From: Methylotenera sp.
GTDB taxonomy: Bacteria > Pseudomonadota > Gammaproteobacteria > Burkholderiales > Methylophilaceae
Assembly: GCA_002928535.1 (NCBI GenBank)
Contig: PERG01000006.1
Coordinates: 19,376 to 83,375, forward strand
Length of the DNA: 64,000 nt
Direction of reading: 5' to 3'
Part shown: one piece after another, positions 21,159 through 31,592 of the stretch
Position numbering within the stretch: position 1 is the first letter of the stretch
How the letters are laid out: every line of letters begins with the position of its first letter
Notes under the pieces: model-generated
Databases searched by the model: none
Seen by the model: the letters and a program-made list of their open reading frames with translations, nothing else
Told to the model about the DNA's origin: nothing
Made by a program: the position numbers and the translations under genes

Positions 21159-21663
21159 GGATAACAATTTTACACGCGATTGCCTGGATATTCATTTGGA
21201 TGATGAAGCCGCCACTTTAGCTTTTGGTAAGCAACTCGCCAATGCGATTGAACCGGGTTTGGTACTTTATTTACACGGTGATTTGGGCGCTGGTAAAACA
21301 ACACTGGTGCGTGGCTTATTGCATGCCCTAGGTTATGCAGGCAAAGTGAAAAGCCCGACTTATACGCTTGTAGAAAATTACAAGATAGAGCAAGCTCTTT
21401 CAGTTTTAAATCTATATCATTTTGATTTATATCGATTTAATGATGACGAGGAATGGGAAGCTGCCGGATTCAGAGATTATTTCAATGCTGAAAGCGTATG
21501 TTTAATCGAGTGGCCGGAAAAAGCAGAAAAAGTTTTGCCACTGCCTGACATCAACATCACATTTACTATTTTAGTCACCGGGCGAAAAGTCACATTAGAC
21601 GCACCGACTCGTCACGGTAGTGAATGTTTAACGCAAGTAATGAAGGAAATCAGTTCACGATGA
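21157..21663 (+). CDS. tsaE: tRNA t6A biosynthesis ATPase TsaE
   Basis: GDLGAGKT, VKSPTYTL, HFDLYR, IEWP; start ATG 21157 chosen by family length. Confidence 0.93.
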   Translation: MDNNFTRDCLDIHLDDEAATLAFGKQLANAIEPGLVLYLHGDLGAGKTTLVRGLLHALGYAGKVKSPTYTLVENYKIEQALSVLNLYHFDLYRFNDDEEWEAAGFRDYFNAESVCLIEWPEKAEKVLPLPDINITFTILVTGRKVTLDAPTRHGSECLTQVMKEISSR

Positions 21664-23141
21664 CATTGGTTAATAAGCTGTTGTTTCACTGCTTTAAAGT
21701 CTGTGTATTTTTCGTCGCGTTAAGCAGTGTCAATGCCTATGCTGCCAATACCATTACTGCAGCCCGCGTGTGGCCAGCGCAAGATTACACGCGCATTACG
21801 CTGGAATCGAATTCGCCAATAACCTATAAAATGCTATCCATTAAGAACCCGGATCGCATCGTGGTCGATATTGAAAATATAGAACTTAACACGGTATTAA
21901 AATCTTTAACCGATAAAATTTTAGCCAATGACCCCTACATCACCCAGGTACGCGTAGCGAATTTCAAACCAAATGTTGTGCGTTTGGTGGTAGACCTCAA
22001 AGCCGAAGTCAAACCGAATGCGTTTACTTTGTTACCGGCAGGCGAATATAAACATCGCCTGGTGCTGGATATTTATCCGGTAAAAGACCCGATCATGGCC
22101 ATGCTTGCACAGCATGAGAATGAGCCGACGGCAGAAAACCTTCCTTCATCCGGCATACCCGCCACACCTTCAACAAGTGAAACTCCAGCAGCAAACCCTT
22201 CAACACCTACTGAGGCAACAAAACCCGGAATGATTATCGAGCCGCTGCCGCAACAAGGTGCGGAAACAAACGATCCGTTTGACACTGCAGGCGAACCTTC
22301 CAAACCAGTAGAAACGGTTAAACCCGCAGAAAAATCTTTGCCAGCTGTTGAGCCAAAAGTAGAAACACCTCAGGTGGCTATTCTTAAAAAGAATACCTTG
22401 GATCAAAAAGGTCAATATAGTGATCTACGCGAAATTATCATTGCCCTGGATGCCGGCCATGGCGGAGAGGACCCGGGTGCGCGAGGTGCGACCGGTAGCC
22501 ATGAAAAACATATTACCTTAGCCATTGCCAAAAAGCTTAAGGAAAAAATTGATAGCGAGCCAGGCATGCGCGCTGTGTTAACCCGAGACGGAGATTACTT
22601 TATTCCCTTGCATGGGCGGGTAATCAAAGCGCGGAAATTGCAGGCTGATTTGTTCGTTTCTATTCATGCGGATGCGTTTACCAATCCTGCTGCACGTGGT
22701 TCCTCAGTATTTGCATTGTCTGAACGCGGCGCCACCAGCGCCAGTGCACGCTATTTAGCCAAGAAAGAAAATGAGTCGGATTTAATTGGCGGCGTGAGTT
22801 TGGATGATAAAGACCCGGTGCTGGCTAGAACATTACTGGATTTATCACAAACGGCCACAATCAGTGACAGTTTGAAATTGGGCAAAGCCGTTTTGGGGCA
22901 GATTGGCGACATTAACAAATTGCATAAAAACCATGTTGAACAAGCTGGGTTTGCAGTGTTGAAATCGCCTGATATCCCTTCTATTTTGGTTGAGACTGCT
23001 TTCATCAGCAATCCAGAAGAAGAACGTAAACTCAACGATAATGCCTATCAGGATAAACTGGCTGATTCAATTCTTACAGGCATTAAGAAATATTTTGCTA
23101 CTAATCCAGCCTTGGCTAAAACCAAACTGGCAAAAGATTAA
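21660..23141 (+). CDS. amiC: N-acetylmuramoyl-L-alanine amidase (AMIN + Amidase_3)
   Basis: Signal peptide, ARVWPAQDYTRITLES AMIN domain, DAGHGGEDPGA, SIHAD, LVETAFISN; ATGA overlap with tsaE stop. Confidence 0.9.
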   Translation: MTLVNKLLFHCFKVCVFFVALSSVNAYAANTITAARVWPAQDYTRITLESNSPITYKMLSIKNPDRIVVDIENIELNTVLKSLTDKILANDPYITQVRVANFKPNVVRLVVDLKAEVKPNAFTLLPAGEYKHRLVLDIYPVKDPIMAMLAQHENEPTAENLPSSGIPATPSTSETPAANPSTPTEATKPGMIIEPLPQQGAETNDPFDTAGEPSKPVETVKPAEKSLPAVEPKVETPQVAILKKNTLDQKGQYSDLREIIIALDAGHGGEDPGARGATGSHEKHITLAIAKKLKEKIDSEPGMRAVLTRDGDYFIPLHGRVIKARKLQADLFVSIHADAFTNPAARGSSVFALSERGATSASARYLAKKENESDLIGGVSLDDKDPVLARTLLDLSQTATISDSLKLGKAVLGQIGDINKLHKNHVEQAGFAVLKSPDIPSILVETAFISNPEEERKLNDNAYQDKLADSILTGIKKYFATNPALAKTKLAKD

Positions 23142-23157
23142 ACGCCATTAATAGGCG

Positions 23158-24711
23158 CTAATTCCTTGTGCCGAGATAATCTATTTCCCGGCTAGTATCG
23201 CCATAACCCGCCTGCATCAATAATGCGGATTCGATATAGCGGCTGATGCGCTGACGTAGTTTAGCCACCTCTTTTCCCTCCACAAAAATCTGCGGAAATT
23301 TAAAGCTTAACCAGGCGTATAAGCTTAAATTGTGGCTCAATAACTCTGCCTGTTCCAGGTGCTTTGGGCTGGTTGACTCCAACCAGTCCGGCGCAGGGGG
23401 TAAAAGACGGATCTGTGTTTCAGCCACACTACGCAGGCAGAGTAAATAATAGTCTTTTTCAAAAGGTACATTTAAAGAGACTGGCGCGCTTACAAAAATG
23501 TATTTATCTTTCAATGATAAATGTGGTGCATGGGCATCAACCAATAGCGCCTGCATGATCTGCGTGTTCAACGATGCTGGCGCTAAGAATGCAGTTTCCG
23601 GGATATTTCTAGGATTTAGTAAACGCTCCTGATAATATGTCAGCACTTCAGCAAGCTTGCGTGTATGTAACTGGCCAGCCACTATATCTATATGGTTGAA
23701 ACTCAAGCTCATGGGCAACTGGGCAAGTGTTGAGGTGTCGTCCGTTGCCAGCATATGCTCGATGTGGATCAATTCATCGTTCTCTAACACATTCACATAG
23801 CCCATCGGGTAAATGCCGTAACGTCCTGCACGGCCGGCAATTTGCCGCACTTCAGTCGCATTGAGTAAACGCGATGCCACGCCATCAAATTTATGAATAC
23901 TGGTAAATATCACACGGCGTATCGGTAAATTGAGCCCCATGCCGATAGCATCGGTAGCGACTAAAATATTAGCTTTGCCGCTGCTAAAACGTTCCGATTC
24001 GGCACGGCGAACTTCAGGGGAAAGTGCGCCATAAATAGTGGCTACGGTATATCCCCATTGCCGGAATCGCGCACTTAAGGTGAGTACATCTTTGCGGCTA
24101 AACGCAATGAAGGCATCGCCTTTTTGCAAGTGACTTTGCATGTCGTTAGCCTGGCTTAAGGCAGTTTTCAGTCTGACTTTTGAATAGCGCTTACCACAGA
24201 TGGCAACCTCTTCCAGTAGTAGGGGCGTTTTACGTTCTAAAAATGTAATTTCATAGGATTCATTTAAAGCATTAATTGCATCTAAACAGGGTTTGGTGAC
24301 GGCAGTTGAACCGCATACAAATACGTTTTCAGCTGGCACGCCAACCAAAGCTGCGGTCCACGCCGATCCGCGATCCGGGTCTTGCAGCATCTGTATTTCA
24401 TCAATGATAGCGACTTCTACGGCTTGAGCAGGGTTCATCATTTCAATGGTGGATGCAGTATGTTGCGCACCCGGTACTAATACACGCTCTTCACCCGTGA
24501 TCAAATTACAAGGGACGCCTGCGGCCATTAGGCGATCACGAATTTCCATTGCTAACAGGCGCAAAGGTGCCAAATAAACGCCGGAATTGGCTTGCTCCAA
24601 GGCTTGAAGCGCCTGGTAAGTTTTACCTGAATTGGTGGGACCTAGATAAAAGTGGTGGTGGCGCTTCAGAGTTCTGGCTAAGGTGAACTGGTTGCAGTAA
24701 TCATTTTGCAT
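23158..24711 (-). CDS. SUV3-like SF2 helicase
   Basis: GPTNSGKT, LAPLRLLAME, DEIQ, ATDAIGMGLN, QIAGRAGR. Confidence 0.88.
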   Translation of the reverse strand: MQNDYCNQFTLARTLKRHHHFYLGPTNSGKTYQALQALEQANSGVYLAPLRLLAMEIRDRLMAAGVPCNLITGEERVLVPGAQHTASTIEMMNPAQAVEVAIIDEIQMLQDPDRGSAWTAALVGVPAENVFVCGSTAVTKPCLDAINALNESYEITFLERKTPLLLEEVAICGKRYSKVRLKTALSQANDMQSHLQKGDAFIAFSRKDVLTLSARFRQWGYTVATIYGALSPEVRRAESERFSSGKANILVATDAIGMGLNLPIRRVIFTSIHKFDGVASRLLNATEVRQIAGRAGRYGIYPMGYVNVLENDELIHIEHMLATDDTSTLAQLPMSLSFNHIDIVAGQLHTRKLAEVLTYYQERLLNPRNIPETAFLAPASLNTQIMQALLVDAHAPHLSLKDKYIFVSAPVSLNVPFEKDYYLLCLRSVAETQIRLLPPAPDWLESTSPKHLEQAELLSHNLSLYAWLSFKFPQIFVEGKEVAKLRQRISRYIESALLMQAGYGDTSREIDYLGTRN

Positions 24712-24840
24712 ATCGCATTGGAATTTAACTTAAAACGCATTTTTAAGCCATTTTAATCGTCTGCTAACTGGTCTAAACTACGTTGATTCAGGCTGCCAAA
24801 TCAATTTTGCAGAAACATGTAATCATCAATAAGGAACGAC

Positions 24841-25872
24841 ATGAAAGCTGTTGGACTCACCCGTTATCTACCCATTACTCATTTGGAAGCACTACAGGAT
24901 ATTGAAATCCCTATGCCTAAAGCACTGGGCCGTGATTTATTAGTGAAAGTGAATGCGATTGGGGTGAACCCCATCGATACTAAAGTCCGTCGGCCTAAAT
25001 TGAGTAATACCGATAAGGTTGAGGCGCCACCAAAAGTACTAGGCTGGGACGCAGCAGGCGAGGTTGTGCAGGTTGGAGGCGATGTTAGCTTGTTCAAGGT
25101 CGGCGATAAAGTGTATTACGCAGGTGACGTTACCCGTAGCGGTACGAATGCCGAATACCAGCTCGTGGATGAGCGCATCGTCGGGCATCAGCCGCAAACC
25201 TTAAAAGATGAGCAGGCTGCTGCTTTACCACTCACCACTGTGACGGCTTGGGAGTCACTGTTTGATCGCCTCGGCATCGTAGAGGACATGGCGAAAAATC
25301 AGGGTAAAAGCCTACTTATCATTGGCGCCGCCGGTGGAGTAGGCTCGATTGCCATTCAACTGGCTAAAAAGGTAGCAGGGCTGAAAGTCATTGCCACAGC
25401 GTCCCGCCCGGAGACTAAAAAGTGGGTGCTATTACAGGGCGCCGATGAGGTGGTCAATCATCACCAAGACCTGGTTGCTCAAATGAACGATTTGAACTCC
25501 CCGCAGGTGGATTATATTTTGTGCAACAGTACGCCTGACGCTTATTATCCGGCCATGGTTACGTTGCTTAAACCGCAAGGTAAGATTTGTGCATTGGTTG
25601 ATACCGAAAAACCGTTGGATCTACTGCCCCTTAAAGGCAAAAGTGCGACATTTGTTTGGGAGTCAATGTTTACGCGCGCCATGTTCCAGACGGACGACAT
25701 GATCGAGCAGCACCATATACTGGAGCGTGTTGCCAATCTCATAGACCATGGCACCTTGAAAACCACTTTGAATGAAGTGAAGTCACCCATTAATGCGGAA
25801 AACCTGCGGGCAGCGCATGCTCAGCTTGAATCTGGAACTACCATCGGCAAAATCGTTTTATCGGGCTGGTAG
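24841..25872 (+). CDS. MDR-superfamily (zinc-binding ADH family / quinone reductase-like) oxidoreductase
   Basis: VNPIDTK, LGWDAAG, GAAGGVGS, GKIVL. Confidence 0.85.
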   Translation: MKAVGLTRYLPITHLEALQDIEIPMPKALGRDLLVKVNAIGVNPIDTKVRRPKLSNTDKVEAPPKVLGWDAAGEVVQVGGDVSLFKVGDKVYYAGDVTRSGTNAEYQLVDERIVGHQPQTLKDEQAAALPLTTVTAWESLFDRLGIVEDMAKNQGKSLLIIGAAGGVGSIAIQLAKKVAGLKVIATASRPETKKWVLLQGADEVVNHHQDLVAQMNDLNSPQVDYILCNSTPDAYYPAMVTLLKPQGKICALVDTEKPLDLLPLKGKSATFVWESMFTRAMFQTDDMIEQHHILERVANLIDHGTLKTTLNEVKSPINAENLRAAHAQLESGTTIGKIVLSGW

Positions 25873-25950
25873 TTAGTCTCGGAAAACTAACTTTTACAGG
25901 TAAAATGTGGAGGTATCTCATCGATACCCCACATAAAAAATTTAAAGCAA

Positions 25951-27873
25951 ATGCATCTAAACCCTATTCGATTACTGCCTGACCAGCTTATTAGCCAAAT
26001 TGCCGCAGGTGAAGTGGTTGAAAGGCCAGCCTCTGCGCTTAAAGAGCTGCTGGAAAATAGCCTTGATGCTGGCAGTACCGATATTCAGGTGTCATTGTTG
26101 CAAGGCGGGGTTAAGCAACTGCGCGTTGCGGATAATGGATACGGTATTGCACAAGATGATCTGGCTATGGCACTCACGCGGCATGCCACCAGTAAAATCG
26201 CAACACTTGAGGATTTAGAAGCTGTCGGTAGCCTAGGGTTTCGTGGCGAAGCATTAGCCAGCATTGCTTCCGTTTCACGTACACAGATCAGTAGTAGGGC
26301 ACAAAATACTAAACACGCGTGGCGGATTACCTCCGATGGCAGCGAAATTTCAAACATTGAGCCAGCTGCACTCGATGCTGGGACTGTGATCGAAGTGAAT
26401 GATCTTTACTTTAATACACCCGCGCGCCGCAAATTCCTTAAAACAGAAGCCACGGAGTTTGGACATTGCGAAGAAGCATTTCATCGCGTTGCACTTTCCA
26501 GGCCTGATGTGGCCTTTATGCTGCAGCATAACGGCAGGGCGCTCAGCCGCTATGCCATAAGCCCGCCAGAAAAAAGATTCAGCGAGGTATTGGGTGCAGA
26601 GTTCGCAGCAGAATCCATCGCTTTGGATGAATCTACAGCAGGCTTACGCTTATGGGGCATTGCCGCTAAACCAACTTACAATCGCAATAGTCGCGATACG
26701 CAATATGTCTATGTGAATGGCCGTTTCGTGCGTGATAAATTGCTTGCGCATGCCATTCGCCAAGCCTATCAAGATGTGCTGCATCATGACCGGCATCCGG
26801 CATTCGTACTATTTTTGGAGCTCGATCCTAACCTGGTGGATGTCAATGTACATCCAAGTAAAACAGAAGTACGTTTCCGCGATGGGCAATCGATTCATCG
26901 CTTTATTTTCCATTCGCTACACAAAGCGTTGGCGACTCCGACTGGGGTTTCCAATGCTGTAACCGCCAGCCAGGCTGCGCATAATCCATTTAATAATCCT
27001 GCATTCCAGAATGGGCAAACGTCTTATCCCCCATATCAGTCGCAAATCAATTTATCGGCCAACCAGTCATCCGGTTTTTACGAAACCTTGTTCGGTTCAA
27101 ACAGCCAGGGTGCGCGTGTAGCCAGCGGTGGCAGTGGTTATGCGCCGGCCAATGGTCTTGATCAGCGGCAATTTGCAAGCCCGGTATGTTATGCAGATGA
27201 GTTTGAAAACAGCACTAATGGGTCGCAGGCTCAAGCACAAGAGGATTTCCCCCTGGGTTTTGCAGTTGCGCAAATTCATGGCGTGTACGTGCTGGCACAA
27301 AACAAACTCGGTTTGGTAGTCATTGATATGCATGCAGCGCATGAGCGCATCATGTATGAAAAGCTCAAAAATGCCCTGGATGGGAATGGGGGCGGGCAAG
27401 AGAATGGAGAGGGTAATAAAGCCGTACCGATGCAGCCATTATTGTTGCCTGTCAGTTTCCATGCAGACCGTTTGGAAGTCGCCACCGTGCAGGAGGCCCT
27501 GGCAAATAATGACAATAGCCTGCAGCAACTAGGCTTTGATATCGCTATTTTATCGCCCACCACATTGGCCGTGCGTGCTGTGCCTACCATGCTGCAAGAC
27601 GCCGATGCCGTAACTTTAGCCCGCGATGTACTCAAAGACCTGCGTGAATACGGCGCCAGCAGGGCGCTTACAGAACGCAGGAACGAATTACTCGGCACCA
27701 TGGCTTGTCATGCCGCTGTTCGCGCGAACCGCAGCCTGACCATTACCGAAATGAATGCCTTATTGCGCGATATGGAAACGACTGAACGCTCAGGGCAATG
27801 CAATCATGGCCGTCCGACGTGGTTTCAAGTCTCTATGTCAGATTTAGACAAAATGTTTATGCGTGGCAAATAA
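25951..27873 (+). CDS. mutL: DNA mismatch repair endonuclease MutL
   Basis: IAAGEVVERP, GFRGEAL, DVNVHP.K; C-terminal DMHAAHERIMYE, ACH and CNHGRP endonuclease motifs. Confidence 0.97.
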   Translation: MHLNPIRLLPDQLISQIAAGEVVERPASALKELLENSLDAGSTDIQVSLLQGGVKQLRVADNGYGIAQDDLAMALTRHATSKIATLEDLEAVGSLGFRGEALASIASVSRTQISSRAQNTKHAWRITSDGSEISNIEPAALDAGTVIEVNDLYFNTPARRKFLKTEATEFGHCEEAFHRVALSRPDVAFMLQHNGRALSRYAISPPEKRFSEVLGAEFAAESIALDESTAGLRLWGIAAKPTYNRNSRDTQYVYVNGRFVRDKLLAHAIRQAYQDVLHHDRHPAFVLFLELDPNLVDVNVHPSKTEVRFRDGQSIHRFIFHSLHKALATPTGVSNAVTASQAAHNPFNNPAFQNGQTSYPPYQSQINLSANQSSGFYETLFGSNSQGARVASGGSGYAPANGLDQRQFASPVCYADEFENSTNGSQAQAQEDFPLGFAVAQIHGVYVLAQNKLGLVVIDMHAAHERIMYEKLKNALDGNGGGQENGEGNKAVPMQPLLLPVSFHADRLEVATVQEALANNDNSLQQLGFDIAILSPTTLAVRAVPTMLQDADAVTLARDVLKDLREYGASRALTERRNELLGTMACHAAVRANRSLTITEMNALLRDMETTERSGQCNHGRPTWFQVSMSDLDKMFMRGK

Positions 27874-28635
27874 ATGAGTTTTGAAAATTTAAAAAATGAT
27901 TTAGAGAGAGCCGAATCACTACAAAATATTATGCGCAGTACGGCTGAAGGAGGGTCACGAGAGGAGCCAGACTACAAGCTACTGCGTCAGTACTTTATCG
28001 AAAAATCAGAGCTTTCAGATTTGCTGCCTAGTTTCATTCGCACAAATCGCGATTTGCACCAGTTCTGGAGTTTTATTAAATCAAAGTTTGCTTCGTATCA
28101 AGAACGAAGAAATTATTTGTGGACTGAATTTTCCCCATTGATGGACTTTTTGGAAGGTAAAAACAGAAAACCATCAGACACATCAATATCTGAAGTTTTA
28201 AAATCTTTTGATGAAAGCGGCATACATTCAATTTGGTCAAGGGCTTTAGAAAGGCGAAAAACAGATCCAGAGGGAGCTATAACTATGGCTAGGACACTGA
28301 TGGAAAGTGTTTGCAAACATATTCTAGATGATTCTAGCATTGCTTATGACAAAGATAGAGTTGAGTTACCAGATTTATATAAACTTACTTCAAAACAGCT
28401 GAATGTTGCTCCAAGTCAACACACAGAAGAGATATTCAAACAAATCTTAGGCGGAGTTTCTTCGGTTGTTAATGGTCTTGGCGCACTTAGAAATAGATTG
28501 GGAGATGCGCACGGTAAAGGTAAGACTCAGATACGTCCGGCTCAAAGGCATGCTCAGTTAGCAGTAAATCTTGCAGGGGCAACAGCATTGTTTTTAATAG
28601 AGACTTGGCAGATTAAAAATAATAATGATAAATAG
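27874..28635 (+). CDS. Abortive-infection family protein (Abi_C / HEPN-like C-terminus)
   Basis: [21 protein letters not shown] and [14 protein letters not shown]...A.LAVNLAG match my recollection of Abi_C; more AT-rich than its neighbours. Confidence 0.75.
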   Translation: MSFENLKNDLERAESLQNIMRSTAEGGSREEPDYKLLRQYFIEKSELSDLLPSFIRTNRDLHQFWSFIKSKFASYQERRNYLWTEFSPLMDFLEGKNRKPSDTSISEVLKSFDESGIHSIWSRALERRKTDPEGAITMARTLMESVCKHILDDSSIAYDKDRVELPDLYKLTSKQLNVAPSQHTEEIFKQILGGVSSVVNGLGALRNRLGDAHGKGKTQIRPAQRHAQLAVNLAGATALFLIETWQIKNNNDK

Positions 28636-29566
28636 TTTTCCTAAGTCAATCTTTCTAATGGGCCCCACTGCCAGCGGCAAGACTGGCGCAGCTGTTGACC
28701 TGTATTCCAAACTCCCCGTCGAAATCATCAGTGTCGATTCTGCACTGGTGTACCGTGATATGGATATCGGCACGGCCAAGCCTGATGCTGAAACCCTGGC
28801 GAAAGCGCCACATCATTTAATCAATATCATCGATCCTACAAGCGCCTATTCTGCTGCGAGTTTCAGGAGTGATGCCTTGCGCTTGATGGCGCAGATCTCA
28901 GCGCGCGGCAAAATTCCGATATTGGTAGGCGGCACCATGTTGTACTTTAAAGCGCTGGAAGGGGGCTTAAGTGGTCTGCCGGAAGCAAACCAGGAAGTGC
29001 GTGCTAGGCTGGATGCCAGAGCTGCATTTATCGGCTGGCCGGCCATGCATGAGAAGCTGGCCTTGGTTGATCCGCAAACTGCTGCGCGCTTGCAACCGAA
29101 TGATGCACAACGCATTCAGCGCGCATTGGAAGTGTTTGAACTCACTGGCGAGAGCATGTCCGCGCTATACGCAAAACAAACCAATGAGGCGCTGCCATAC
29201 AACATATTAAAAATCGCGTTAGTGCCGAGTGACCGCAAAGTGTTGCATGAGCGCATAGCATTACGTTTTGACCAAATGCTAGCCGCTGGTTTTATTGATG
29301 AAGTAAAAATGTTGAAAGCAAAATATCCTGAACTGACGCCGGAGTCGACTTCCATGCGCTGCGTAGGTTACCGGCAAGCCTTAGAGCATTTAGCAGGTGA
29401 GTATGATGCTGCTGAGCTACGTGATAGAGGGATATTTGCCACACGCCAATTAGCTAAACGCCAATTGACCTGGCTGCGTGGCATGGAGGATATGCTTGAG
29501 CTGGATTGTTTAAATCCCAATTTAAATGAACAAGTATTTAATCAAATAAATCAGTTTGTTAATTAA
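28625..29566 (+). CDS. miaA: tRNA dimethylallyltransferase
   Basis: [44 protein letters not shown]. Confidence 0.96.
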   Translation: MINSFPKSIFLMGPTASGKTGAAVDLYSKLPVEIISVDSALVYRDMDIGTAKPDAETLAKAPHHLINIIDPTSAYSAASFRSDALRLMAQISARGKIPILVGGTMLYFKALEGGLSGLPEANQEVRARLDARAAFIGWPAMHEKLALVDPQTAARLQPNDAQRIQRALEVFELTGESMSALYAKQTNEALPYNILKIALVPSDRKVLHERIALRFDQMLAAGFIDEVKMLKAKYPELTPESTSMRCVGYRQALEHLAGEYDAAELRDRGIFATRQLAKRQLTWLRGMEDMLELDCLNPNLNEQVFNQINQFVN

Positions 29567-29630
29567 CAAATGTAATAAATTACATTAATAAATTTTTGCA
29601 TACTTAGCCGTAGATAAAGGTAACTGATGA

Positions 29631-30263
29631 TCACAATTCTTTTTTAACTGCATCAAGTGTTACACCGTTGACTCTGCTATATCCTACCCAAACTGCAGGA
29701 TAACCTCCGATTTCCATCGTGCTAAGCATCTTTTGGGAATCAGCGACTTTCTCTACATCTATATCAACAAAATCTATATTCTCTTCACGCATTTCTTTAC
29801 GCAGTGCCGCACAACCAGGACACCAATCTGTGCCATACAGCACAATTTTGGCTTTACCACTGCTATCAAAATGGCGTTTGTAATAATTAGCCTCATCGGC
29901 TGTTAAGTATTGATCGTTGAAATTAACTGCCAATAGTTCTACCAAATTAGATGTACTGTCATCTGTAACCTTGCTGCTACCTGCCAAAATTAAAGGAAAG
30001 CTCCGTTCTTTATAAGTTTGCCATTGTTTGTAATTTTCGTGATCCGGCTCATTGGGGTTAACAATAATTTCATTAAATGGCACATCTCTGCGCTTAAGTG
30101 CAGTGATGGTGTTGTTACAAGGTGTACCACAATCGGGAAATGTGAATACAAGCACGGTTGGCTTGCCATTACTATCCAGCGGCGTGCTTGTTTGATTAAA
30201 GCCGTTGTTTTTCCAATGCCAAAATCCTGCGGCGATTAATGCGATAAATATTATTTTTTTCAT
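29631..30263 (-). CDS. Membrane-anchored tandem glutaredoxin-like protein
   Basis: N-terminal hydrophobic anchor; two thioredoxin-fold segments with CGTPC and WCPGC. Confidence 0.65.
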   Translation of the reverse strand: MKKIIFIALIAAGFWHWKNNGFNQTSTPLDSNGKPTVLVFTFPDCGTPCNNTITALKRRDVPFNEIIVNPNEPDHENYKQWQTYKERSFPLILAGSSKVTDDSTSNLVELLAVNFNDQYLTADEANYYKRHFDSSGKAKIVLYGTDWCPGCAALRKEMREENIDFVDIDVEKVADSQKMLSTMEIGGYPAVWVGYSRVNGVTLDAVKKEL

Positions 30264-30269
30264 AATTGC

Positions 30270-31457
30270 TTATTGGTTATTAAGCGCTTGAATTCGTTTG
30301 GCTGCTTCTACACATTCATTCAGGCTGGCAACTAATGCCAGTCTTACAAAGTTTTTACCCGGGTTTACCCCATGGGCTTCCCTTGCCAAATAGCTGCCTG
30401 GTAATACCGTAACATTGAAATCGCGATACAGATTCAGCGCAAATTCAGTATCCGGCATGGTGGTTTTAGCCCAAAGGTAGAATGCTGCGTCGGGCATTTT
30501 CACATCCAAAACCTCGTTTAACATTGGCGTAACAGTTTTGAATTTTTCCGCATACAATCTGCGATTTTCAATCACATGCGCCTCATCGTTCCAAGCCGTT
30601 AAACTTGCAGCCTGGACGGCCGGGTTCATGGCGCAACCATGGTAAGTGCGGTATAGCGCAAATTTTTCAATGATCTTTTCATCGCCTGCGACAAAGCCAG
30701 AGCGCATGCCTGGTACGTTTGAACGCTTAGAAAGTGAGCTGAAAATAACAAGATTTTTATAATCTCGGCCTAATTGGTGCGCCGCTTGTAGCGCTCCTAA
30801 TGGCGGATGCGCTTCATCGAAATAGATTTCCGAGTAGCATTCATCTGCGGCAATCACAAAACCGTATTGGTCGGATAAATCAAACAGGGTTTTCCATTGC
30901 GCTAAACGCATCACCTTGCCGGAAGGATTGCCTGGACTGCATACATAGACCAATTGTGTGCGTTTGAATACTTCCGCCGGCACGCTGGCAAAGTCCATCT
31001 CGTGATCGTTTTCTGGCAGGGTATTCAGGAAGTACGGCTCCGCATCGGCCAAAAAGGCTGCGCCTTCGTAGATCTGGTAAAACGGGTTGGGTGAAATCAC
31101 GACTGGATTGGTTTTGGATGCATCAATGATCACTTGGGCAAAAGCAAACAGAGCTTCGCGGCTGCCAGTCACAGGGAGTATCGCAGTGTCGGGATTTAAC
31201 GCTGGGATACCATAGCGGCGTGAAATCCAATTTGAAATCGCAGTTCTAAGCTCAAGCGTGCCTAGCGTTGTGGGATAATTGGCCAGGCCGCCCAAATTAT
31301 TCACCAGTGCGTTTTTAATCAATGGCGGCGTCGCATGTTTAGGCTCGCCGATGGATAAGTTAATCGCAGCATATGCCGGATTGGGTGTAGTGCCTTTAAA
31401 CAAATCGCGCAGGCGTTGAAAAGGGTAAGGTTGCAGCAGGTTCAGGTTTGGATTCAT
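30270..31457 (-). CDS. dapC: N-succinyldiaminopimelate aminotransferase
   Basis: MNPNL..LQPYPF, LSIGEPKH, GSREALF, SSLSKRSNVPGMRSG (PLP lysine). Confidence 0.92.
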   Translation of the reverse strand: MNPNLNLLQPYPFQRLRDLFKGTTPNPAYAAINLSIGEPKHATPPLIKNALVNNLGGLANYPTTLGTLELRTAISNWISRRYGIPALNPDTAILPVTGSREALFAFAQVIIDASKTNPVVISPNPFYQIYEGAAFLADAEPYFLNTLPENDHEMDFASVPAEVFKRTQLVYVCSPGNPSGKVMRLAQWKTLFDLSDQYGFVIAADECYSEIYFDEAHPPLGALQAAHQLGRDYKNLVIFSSLSKRSNVPGMRSGFVAGDEKIIEKFALYRTYHGCAMNPAVQAASLTAWNDEAHVIENRRLYAEKFKTVTPMLNEVLDVKMPDAAFYLWAKTTMPDTEFALNLYRDFNVTVLPGSYLAREAHGVNPGKNFVRLALVASLNECVEAAKRIQALNNQ

Positions 31458-31592
31458 AGGCGCTATTGTAATATAGCGGCCGGGGTAGCCCAAAGCGGAT
31501 TAGCCAGTCGCCATGCATTTTGTATTGAGTGAATGCTGGCCGTACATTCGAGTCTGATGGTTATTGCATCAATAAAAGTCCACTTAAGTATC

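Noticed and set aside
22110-22380. Pro/Thr/Glu-rich stretch in amiC as an inserted element
   Set aside because: In-frame low-complexity linker between AMIN and catalytic domains; no repeat or mobile-element ends.
29569-29586. Palindrome AATGTAAT-AA-ATTACATT resembling a HexR-type operator
   Set aside because: Lies between two convergent stop codons with no promoter to control; more likely an AT-rich terminator hairpin or chance.
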